Assembly: GCA_963811165.1 (NCBI GenBank)
Contig: CAWEQH010000004.1
Span: 768,001 to 832,000 of the forward strand
Reading direction: 5' to 3'
Origin: an uncultured Nitrospiraceae bacterium
GTDB taxonomy: Bacteria > Nitrospirota > Thermodesulfovibrionia > Thermodesulfovibrionales > UBA6898
Length of the DNA: 64,000 nt
The first letter of the stretch is position 1, and the number at the start of each line of letters is the position of its first letter. Below are positions 26,500 through 36,100 of this stretch, piece by piece. A model generated the notes under the pieces. It saw only the letters and a list, made by a program, of their open reading frames with translations. It had not been told where the DNA came from and did no database searches. A program made the position numbers and the translations under genes.

Positions 26500-27471
26500 A
26501 TGAAAATTGGAATCACGGGTTGCGCGGGTTTCTTAGGGTCTCACTTGGCAGACAGTCTTTTGCAGAGGGACCACACCGTTATCGGCATCGATAATCTTTC
26601 AATGGGAAAGCTCGATAATGTGACGCATAATTTAGGACATCCCTGTTTCAGCTTCTTTAAGTCCGATGTCAGGGACCTCGCTGTGCTGAGAGATAATTTT
26701 GAGGGAGCCGACGTCATCGTCCATCTCGCGGCGTACAAAATTCCCCGGTACGGAAATGCCATTGAGACATTGCTTATCAACAACCAGGGCGCCCATAATG
26801 TTCTGGAAATCGCCAGGGAGTACAGGAGCAAGGTCGTGCTTGCCTCTACCTCCGACGTGTACGGAAAAAACCCGAACCTGCCGTTTCACGAGGAAGGGGA
26901 CCTCGTCCTTGGCCCCAGCACGGTTGCGAGGTGGAGCTATGCCGTGTCCAAGCTCTATGACGAGCATTTGGGGTTTGCATATCAGGCTGAATATGGCATT
27001 CCCGTAGTGAATCTCAGGTTCTTCGGTTCATACGGACCCAGGCACCACCTGTCCTGGTGGGGGGGCCCTCAGTCGGTCTTTATCACGCAGATATTAAAGG
27101 ATGAAGAGATTACGATCCATGGAGACGGCCTGCAGACGAGGAGCTTTACCTACGTAAGCGATACCGTCGAGGGGATCGTGGCCTCGGTAGAGAGACAGGA
27201 GGCAGACGGGCATATATTCAATATCGGAAATACTCACGAGGTTACGATCCTTGAGCTGGCACGGATAATACACAAACTATGCAAAGGGTCGGGCGAGGCG
27301 AAATTGAGGTTTGTCCCCTACGCATCTTTTTCAGGCGGAAAATATGAAGATGTGAGGCGGCGCATCCCGGACATTTCGAAAGCGGGGAAAGTCCTCGATT
27401 TTCATCCAAAGATCGGTTTGGAGCAGGGTTTGACGACAACTATCGAATGGCAAAGAAGTAGGATGGACTGA
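26500..27471 (+). CDS. NAD-dependent epimerase/dehydratase, UDP-GlcA decarboxylase (ArnA C-terminal/UXS)-like
   Basis: GCAGFLG, ASTSDVYG, RWSYAVSK, QTRSFTYVSD, DVRRRIPDI; ATG 26500 after GAGGG. Confidence 0.85.
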   Translation: MKIGITGCAGFLGSHLADSLLQRDHTVIGIDNLSMGKLDNVTHNLGHPCFSFFKSDVRDLAVLRDNFEGADVIVHLAAYKIPRYGNAIETLLINNQGAHNVLEIAREYRSKVVLASTSDVYGKNPNLPFHEEGDLVLGPSTVARWSYAVSKLYDEHLGFAYQAEYGIPVVNLRFFGSYGPRHHLSWWGGPQSVFITQILKDEEITIHGDGLQTRSFTYVSDTVEGIVASVERQEADGHIFNIGNTHEVTILELARIIHKLCKGSGEAKLRFVPYASFSGGKYEDVRRRIPDISKAGKVLDFHPKIGLEQGLTTTIEWQRSRMD

Positions 27472-27472
27472 C

Positions 27473-28303
27473 ATGGATACCTCACGAGAGACCGGCAACG
27501 CACCATCTGAGGCAAAGGCCTATTTTGTGATACCGGCATATAACGAGGCGGAGAATATACCGTTTCTCTTTAATAATATAAGAAGATTCATGCTGTTTTT
27601 TGAGCAGCCGTTTCACGTAATTCTGGTAAATGACGGAAGTACGGACAATACGGTGGCCGAGGCGGAAAGGTACAGCGACACAATGCCCCTCACGGTCAAG
27701 TCTTTCGAAATGAATCAGGGCCCGGGCAAGGCTTTTCTCAAGGGGTTCGAGACTGCCTTGGCGATGGCGCGCGACGACGATATGATAGTCACTATTGAAG
27801 CGGATAACACAAGCGACCTCTGCCCTCTTTATAAAATGTTCGAACAATGCCGGCGCGGCCACGATCTGGTACTCGCTTCGGTATACGGAGAAGGAAAAGT
27901 GGTGGGGGCACCCCTGCACAGAAAAATATTCAGCCGGTGCGCGAATATCATGATGCAGATCGTGTTTCGCATAGGAAAAGTGAATACCTTTACCTCCTTT
28001 TTCAGAGTATACAAAGTCTCCATGATCCGCAGCGCCTACAATCTTTACGGGGAGAGGCTGATCGAGGAATCGGGATTTATCTGTATGCTGGAGCTGTTGG
28101 TCAAGCTCCATTCCCTCAAGTATAAAATCGCGCAGGTGCCGATGCTCCTCGACAGCAAGATTCGCGTGGGCAAAAGCAAGATGAAATCCTTCAACAATAT
28201 TAAGGATACGTTGCGTTTCACTTTTAAGTATTTTATCAACAGCAACGCTATAGTAGTTAACCCTTCTCAGGACAAGCTGGCCGTCAGCCGGACAAAAGAA
28301 TAA
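27473..28303 (+). CDS. GT2 polyprenol-phosphate glycosyltransferase (DPM1/ArnC-like)
   Basis: IPAYNEAENI, VNDGSTD, NQGPGKA, IEADNT, TSFFRVY, GKSKM. Confidence 0.82.
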   Translation: MDTSRETGNAPSEAKAYFVIPAYNEAENIPFLFNNIRRFMLFFEQPFHVILVNDGSTDNTVAEAERYSDTMPLTVKSFEMNQGPGKAFLKGFETALAMARDDDMIVTIEADNTSDLCPLYKMFEQCRRGHDLVLASVYGEGKVVGAPLHRKIFSRCANIMMQIVFRIGKVNTFTSFFRVYKVSMIRSAYNLYGERLIEESGFICMLELLVKLHSLKYKIAQVPMLLDSKIRVGKSKMKSFNNIKDTLRFTFKYFINSNAIVVNPSQDKLAVSRTKE

Positions 28304-29613
28304 TGATGCGCGGCGATACTATGCAAATAGGAATCATCGGCGGCGGGATCATGGGCCTGACTTTGGGTTATTATCTGTCCAGGGAAGGACAGCGGATCAC
28401 GCTTTTTGAAAAAGCAAAAGAGGTCGGCGGCCTGGCGGGTTATTTGGAATTTGAGGGCACGACGATAGACAAATATTATCATTCCATCCTGGGCGGAGAC
28501 ACCCATCTGCTCCATCTAATAGACGAGCTGGGCATCAGCGGTTTGCTGAGATTCAAAGGGCTAAAAATGGGTTTCTATCATGAAAAAAGATTCTATCCCA
28601 TGTCGACTCCCCGCGAATTGATGACGTTCCCTCCGTTAAATATGCTAGACCGCTTCAGGCTTGTGGGCACCGTGTTATATTCACTTGCCATCAGGGATTG
28701 GCATAAACTGGAAGATATTAGTGTCGAGAAATGGCTCACCGGAGTGAGCGGGGGAAGAAATTACCGGAATATCTGGAAGCCTCTCCTCAGGGCCAAATTT
28801 GACGGAAATTTCGATGACATTCCGGCCACGTACATCTGGTCGAGAATTCTTCGCATGAATTCTATTCGCCATGCCGACAGGACGCGGGGCGATAACGGGT
28901 ATTTGACAGGCGGCTTTTACACATTGATCAACTCTCTCGCTGAGCATATACGCCGGCAGGGCGGAGAGATACTCCTTAATACGCCGGTAGAGAAAATAGA
29001 GCCTCAAGGGGATAAGATTCGACTTAGGACAGGAGAAACAACTCAAGCATTTGACAGGGTAATTTCCACAATCCCTACGCCATATTTTCGGGAACTTCTC
29101 CCCCAGACTTTAGGGTCGTACAAAGAGAAACTGGCTCAGATTGATTACCTGGATATTGTATGCCTCCTCATGGTTCTGAAAAAGTCACTCGGGCCGTACC
29201 ATACGCTGAATATCACCGACGGCTCCCTGCCCTTTACCGGGGTCATAGAAACCACTCATCTTATAGACCCGATGTACGTGAATGGAAAAAATCTGGTTTA
29301 TTTCCCGATATACCTGGCTCCCGGGAGCGAGATACTCAAAATGCCGGAAAACGGGGTTTTTCAATACTGCCTTCCGCATATACGTGAAATGTTCCCGGAT
29401 TTCCACGAAGAGGATATCGTAAAAACATTTGTCATGAGAAGCAGATTTGTCGAGCCGATTCACAGAGTCAGTCGGACCGGCGATATCCCCGATGTGGTTA
29501 CTCCGGTACCGAACCTGTTTCTGGCCAACACGACCCAGGTATATCCGGAGATCTTGAACAGCGAATCGATTGTGCGTTTTTCAAAAAAAGTCGCGGAAAG
29601 AGTTAACGCGTGA
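28303..29613 (+). CDS. FAD-dependent oxidoreductase (protoporphyrinogen/amine-oxidase-like fold)
   Basis: IIGGGIMGL, EKAKEVGGLA, DKYYH, GYLTGG. Confidence 0.85.
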   Translation: MMRGDTMQIGIIGGGIMGLTLGYYLSREGQRITLFEKAKEVGGLAGYLEFEGTTIDKYYHSILGGDTHLLHLIDELGISGLLRFKGLKMGFYHEKRFYPMSTPRELMTFPPLNMLDRFRLVGTVLYSLAIRDWHKLEDISVEKWLTGVSGGRNYRNIWKPLLRAKFDGNFDDIPATYIWSRILRMNSIRHADRTRGDNGYLTGGFYTLINSLAEHIRRQGGEILLNTPVEKIEPQGDKIRLRTGETTQAFDRVISTIPTPYFRELLPQTLGSYKEKLAQIDYLDIVCLLMVLKKSLGPYHTLNITDGSLPFTGVIETTHLIDPMYVNGKNLVYFPIYLAPGSEILKMPENGVFQYCLPHIREMFPDFHEEDIVKTFVMRSRFVEPIHRVSRTGDIPDVVTPVPNLFLANTTQVYPEILNSESIVRFSKKVAERVNA

Positions 29614-29651
29614 AAATTGTCTTTCCGAGTTCTTCACTATAGGAGGTTCAC

Positions 29652-30014
29652 ATGCTCGCTCTTATAAGTATCATCACGAGTGTCACTCTAGGAGTAGTAG
29701 GCCAGCTGTTCATTAAGAAGGGATTAAACTCCCTAGTCGGCCTAAATTTCTCCGCTGGAGTTGTCGCAAGCTATATGAAAATATTCTTTTCACCCTTTAT
29801 TATCGTAGGTCTTTCAATATATTTCCTGGGGGTATTTTTCTGGCTGTATGCCCTATCAAAAGTGGAGTTGAGCTTCGCGTACCCCTTTGTCAGCCTGAGC
29901 TATGTTCTCGTTTTGCTTTTTTCGTCGCTGGTTTTGGGCGAGCATGTGTCATTCATAAGGTGGATGGGCGCGATAGCCATAGGCGTCGGCGTATTGCTTG
30001 TCGCAAGGACGTGA
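29652..30014 (+). CDS. EamA/SMR-like 4-TM protein (ArnE/ArnF-like flippase)
   Basis: GQLFIKKG, WLYALSKVELSFAYPFVSLSY, LGEHVS..RWMG. Confidence 0.85.
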   Translation: MLALISIITSVTLGVVGQLFIKKGLNSLVGLNFSAGVVASYMKIFFSPFIIVGLSIYFLGVFFWLYALSKVELSFAYPFVSLSYVLVLLFSSLVLGEHVSFIRWMGAIAIGVGVLLVART

Positions 30015-30103
30015 TTTTGGTGGGGGCTGTTACCAAAAAAACGACGACCGCTCTTGTCGTCATCTGATAAGGAACTACTTAGAAATTTTGACGGGAGTAT
30101 CAT

Positions 30104-33100
30104 ATGGACAGAATAGAAAATAAAATCAGGGGAATAATTTTCAATAAGTATCTCATGCCTTTGCTATTTTTTATTGCCTTCGGCCTGACCCAGCTCACTG
30201 TTATCCCTGATGTCGATGCTCAGGACTATAACCTCACTGTTGCGGTCCTGATCAATTCTATTAATACCAGCGGATACAACGCTAACCCGGCCAATCCCGG
30301 CGAATATCAGCGGTACCCGGAGCGATACCTGGAGCACCTGCAGGTCCCTTATCAGACTTTCGATGTCTCGTCTCAGTCGCCGCCCGCCGACCTTTCGTCA
30401 CGGCAGCTGATCATCATTGGGCATAAAGGTGTCAATCTGCCTTCGAATTGGCAGACGGCAGTTATAAACGCAGTGAATGGAGGCACGGGTCTCGTAAACC
30501 TGGATTGGGCCACTAATATAGGGACAACGTCGTATGTACAGACAATATTCGGTGCGACAGGGTCTTCCGCCGGCACTCCAGGGATAGACATAACCGTGCC
30601 CCAGGATGTCGCGCAAGGAGGCGCCACCCCCCATTACATCGCAGCGATGCAGAAGAAGTTTCTTGGTGACCTGCCTGGGGATTTTGTTTACAATTTCCAT
30701 GTCGATAAAAACAATATACTTCAGACCGCAACCAGCACGGTGCTTGCGATGGCAGGGGGGACCGTGATCGCCAGGATCGGTTCCGATCCATTCATAGTTG
30801 CCACAGCTTATGGCTCGGGGCGAGCAGTTCACTTCGGAACACTGGACTATCTGAGGGCGGACCGTTTTGGTTTTTTAATGGGAATTGACGACCTTTTCTG
30901 GAGAAGCCTCGTCTGGGCAGCCCGGAAGCCCTTTGTCCTCAGAGGATATCCGAGGCTGTGGGCGGTGCAGATGGATGACACTTTTCCTGGTTGGGGATTC
31001 AGGGTGCGGGATATTTATGACCCCACTTTTACCGGTAACGTTGCCCCTGACGGCACCGGCGGTCCCTGGAAGCTCACCGGATACCTTTATACCGATAACC
31101 TTCCTCAAGGCGGTGATGAGAGGGCTTCGGTCACTGCAGATATCCGGCAGGGTCTCCTCAAGGTTGCTCCTCATACGTTCGGAAACGTTACCTATGGAAA
31201 CCTGTATTGGAACGATGGCAGTGGAGCACTCACCGACACCCAGTGGTCAGCGAATCTCAGTCAGGTCCTACAGTGGAAACAGGGACTAGGTGGAAACGAT
31301 ACAATCCCGTCTTTGTCCCGCTCATTGGTGGCACACTACTGGGACATAAGCGATAACACCGGATATGACTTGTGGAACAGCCTCGGCTACAGATACGTCA
31401 CCTCGATTCAAAAGCCCGGCTTCCGGGACTGGGCGGATGTGACTATCAATGCGGGAGCCGAGCGGCCTCATGCACGGCCTTTCTGGCTTTATGAGCAGCC
31501 TCCGAAGACAGTGGCCGATGAGAATTACTCCTTCTTTTTTGCCGATGACTATACGATCAACAGCCGGTCGGGATATGCATCGAAGACGTTCTTCCTGTTC
31601 GCGTCACAGTTGCACGATCCGGGGCTCAATTATCCGAGACCTGACGCCATCTGGCCGTCGAGCGGCTGGAATTTTGCCCCTGCCGACAGCATATCCCAGT
31701 TTGAGCGGTATACATGGCGCTTTTGGTCGAGCCTTGCACCTGTCCAGCTCTTTACCCATGACGCCCAAAACTATGAAGCCTCATCGGCTTCCGACAGACA
31801 AGCGGTCATCGGGCAGGTTTCTGCGTGGCTCCAGGAAAACGGAGTACATCATGTATTCATGGAAGGACTCGGTGACTACGTCTATAGCAGGAGCAAGTCT
31901 GTTTTGACCGATGTACACGTGTCAGGGAGCAATATTACCTACGCTCTCACGGGGAATGCCGCCACTGCAGACGGTGCGCCCATCAATACTGATGTGTTCG
32001 TATTTTTTGATAACGCCTCTGAGGGCGTTCGCCAGACTATCCCGGGATTTACGGGGGGAACCATCTCGACTCAGGCGCTCCCGCCGGCCCCGCCCGCCAT
32101 TACCGGCGTGACACCACCGACAGGACCTGCTGCAGGCGGCACAAGCATCACCATAAGCGGGACGAATTTTATTAATGTCACGGCCGTTGAAGTAGGCGGC
32201 ACGCCTGTGCTTGATCTCGTTGTTGACAATTCGGCACAGATCACTGCCGAGACACCACCGGGTCTTACCGGTCCTGCGGATGTCATCGTGATGACTACCT
32301 CCGGTATGACCACCTTTTCCAATGGGTTTACCTACACAGGTCCTCCGGTTATCGACTCTATTACTCCCGCGTATGGTGCACAGACGGGCGGCACGCTGTT
32401 TACTGTCAAGGGCAGGGGGTTTGAGACGACGAGCACGATAAGCATCGGCGGGGCCCTGTGTACCGGTATCACATTTGTCGATTCCTCGACACTTACGGCA
32501 ATGACCCCTGCGGGAACGCCCGGAGACGCCAATGTGGATGTGACCAACTCGCAGGGGACCACGACTGTCCATAACGGATTCTTTTATCTTTCGTCGTCCA
32601 ACACGATTCGCATGAATTTCACCTATGCCAGCCGGACGGCACTCCTCGCGGCCGGATGGGACTTTCTTGCAAGGACGTCTTTGGGAGCGACGCGCGACAC
32701 TGAACAGACCAGCGGGTTGGTCGTCTCCTATGACCAGACAGCCCATCCCGGTGTTCTTCGGATACCGATAGACGCAGGAGACATCTGGGAGGGCACGAAC
32801 GACTCGAGAAACACCCTCTTCTACAGCCTGCCGGACGTCTGGCGCAGCATAAGGCTCAAAGCTTCCGGCATCAGCCTGAACGATGATAATCAGGAGGTCT
32901 GTGTCGTCGCCTATCAGGACGACGACAACTACGTGCTTCTCTGCAGGGCTTTCAATAGTGACGCTCCGGGGAACCAGGTACTCGAATTTGGAGCAGAGAG
33001 TCTTGGCTCCTATGACGTTATTACCCGGGTCGCCGCCGCCGGTTCTGTCTGTTATTTGAGACTTGACAGAGACGTTTCTGGCAATGTCTTTTCTGCCTTT

Positions 33101-36100
33101 GCCTCGACTGACGGAGTGAACTGGGGTCCCTTGTCAGGAAGTGTGACAAGGACGCTCACAAGCCCTCGCCTGGGCATCCTTGCCGGTGCGAACGGATCAA
33201 CCACGTCATTCCCCACGGCAGACATCCAATTTGCAGAAATAGTAGCGTTTGTAGCTGATCCTCTCCCGCCCACAGTGAGCAGTGTCAGTCCTCCGAGCGG
33301 GTCGACGGCGGGAGGGACGGTGGTGCAGATAAGCGGCACCGGGTTTGTGCCGGGGAGCACGGTAAAAATCGGAGGGACGAGTGCGACGAGTGTGATAGTG
33401 AACAGTGATATCAGCATCAGCGCCGTGACGCCTGCGAATGCTGCGGGTGCAGCTGATGTTGCGATAACGAACACAAACGGAACGGGGACTCTGACGGGAG
33501 GGTTTATCTATTATACGCCTGGCAGCACCCTTTTCTCTGATGACTTCAACGACGGTAATGCGACCGGCTGGACGATTTCGCCGCTGGGGAATGGGACAGC
33601 CTGGAGCGTGGTCAGCGGGGCATATACAAATATACCTCCCCCGGTACTGGTTAAGCAATTCCTATACAGGGAATGCCTCATGGAGCGATTATACCCTTCA
33701 GGCAGACATACGTTGTCCACGTTGAGCGATTGGCCGGGCGGGATACGGGGCCGGGTGAACCCTGCGAGCGGCGCCGGTTATGCCGCATGGCTCTATCCGG
33801 CAGAGGGAGGTATCATACTGTTTAGTGTTGTAGATTGGGATATCGACAACGGGTATACTGAGTTGGGACGTGTAGACGGAATCACCTTTGACACTACCAG
33901 TTTTCACACTCTTGGGCTCAGTTTCACGGGCAGTACAATCAAGGTGTACTTTGACGGCCTCCTGGTGATCACTGCCACAGACACCACCTATAACAGCGGG
34001 CTGATCGCCCTTGATGTAAGCAATCAGACCGTCGAGTTCGATAACATAAGCGTGGTCTTCGGCACACCCGTATTCCCGCCGGCCATCAGCAGCATCAACC
34101 CGCCGAGCGGGTCTACGGCGGGCGGCACGGTGGTGCAGATAAACGGCAGCGGGTTCATCTCGGGTAGCACGGTAACAATCGGAGGAGTGAGCGCGACGGG
34201 TGTAGTGATCAATAGTTCAACCAGCATTACCGCGACGACGCCCGCGGGCACTTCGGGTGCGGCTGATGTCGTGGTAACAAATACAAATGGAACGGGGACT
34301 CTGACGGGAGGATTTACGTACTATACACCCGGCAGCACCCTTTTCACGGATGACTTTAATGACGGCAATGCCAATGGCTGGACGATTTCGCCGCTGGGGA
34401 ATGCATCAGGGTGGAGCGTTGTCGGTGGGATATATACATACAATGGCAGTGGTCTTACTAACTCCTATACGGGATCCGCCTCATGGAGCGATTACACCCT
34501 TGTGGCGGGTATCAAGCTGTCTTCGCTGTCGGATCTCCCGGGTGGGATACGGGGGCGGGTGAACCTGGCTTCGGGCGCCGGTTATGCGGTCTGGCTCTAC
34601 CCGGCAGAAGGACAGATCAAGCTGTTCCGTGCAACAGGGTGGGACATCGACAGCGTTGGACAGACGCAGCTGGGACCTACTGCCAACGGAATAACCTTTG
34701 ACACGAATTTCCACTCGGTCTGGCTGAATTTCAGCGGCACCACTATCACCGTATATTTTGACGGAACGCCGGTAATCACCGCGAGCGATGCAACCTATGG
34801 CAGCGGGGTGATCGCCCTTGATGTGAACAACCAGCCAATACAGTTTGATAACGTGAGTGTGATCTTTGGTATCCCTGTATTGCCGCCGGCAGTGAGCAGC
34901 GTCAGCCCTCCGAGCGGGTCCACATTGGGCGGCACGGCGGTGCAGATAAACGGCAGCGGATTTATCTCGGGAAGCACGGTGACAATCGGTGGGGCAAGTG
35001 CGACGGGAGTCGTAGTCAATGGTGCTACCAGCATAAGCGCAGTGACGCCTTCGGGCGGTGCAGGGGGGGCTGATGTAGTAGTGACGAATGCCAATGGCAC
35101 AGGGACCCTGACCGGGGGATTTGAGTATATTACTCCGGGCAGTACCCTCTTGTCAGATGACTTTTCAGGAGGGGCGGGCGCCTGGACGATATCGCCGCTG
35201 GGGATTCTGGCAAACTGGAATGCATCAGGTGATGTACTCTCATACAATGGCGGCGGTTTAAGCAATGTATACCGGGGAGATCCTTTCTGGAGTGATTACA
35301 GCTTCCAGGCGGACATAAGGTTGTACACACTGGACAACTGGCCTGGCGGAATACGGGGTCGAGTGAATCCCACGACAGGTGCAGGGTATGCGGTATGGCT
35401 TTATCCCGCAGATGGTTATATCAAGCTGTTCAACGCGCCGAAGTGGGACATCAATGATGCTTCCACTCAATTATTAATGGATGTCGGAGGGATTAGCTTT
35501 GACACAACGAGTTTTCACACAGTGGGGATGACGTTCTCGGGCTCGACCATCAAGGTCTATTACGACGGCGCTCTGGTGATCACGGCCACGGATTCAACCT
35601 ATACCAGCGGGCTGATCGCCCTCGATGTGAGCGACCAGCCCGTTGATTTCGACAATGTGATCGTCACTACTGATAAAGCGAATCAAACGATCGCAGTGAC
35701 GACCCATGCCCCGGTCAGCGCGGCGTACAACTCGACCTTCAATGTGGCTGCGACAGCGAGTTCAGGGCTTGATGTAGCGATCACATCGTCGGGGTCTTGC
35801 AGCGGCACCGGCACCGGCTCGGCCATTATCACTATGACGAGCAGCACTGGCGCCTGCTCGGTGAACTACAACCAGGCTGGTGACAGCATTTACAACGGAG
35901 CACCCCAGGTTAGCGAGACGACCACGGCCCAGATGGCCAACCAGACGATCAGCTTTGGAGCATTGGGTGACAAGACCTATGGTGATTCACCGTTTACAGT
36001 TAGTGCGACGGCGACATCGGGGTTGACGGTGAGCTTCAGCAGCCAGACCACTTCGGTCTGTACGGTCACCGGAACTACCGTGACGATAGTAGCGAGCGGT

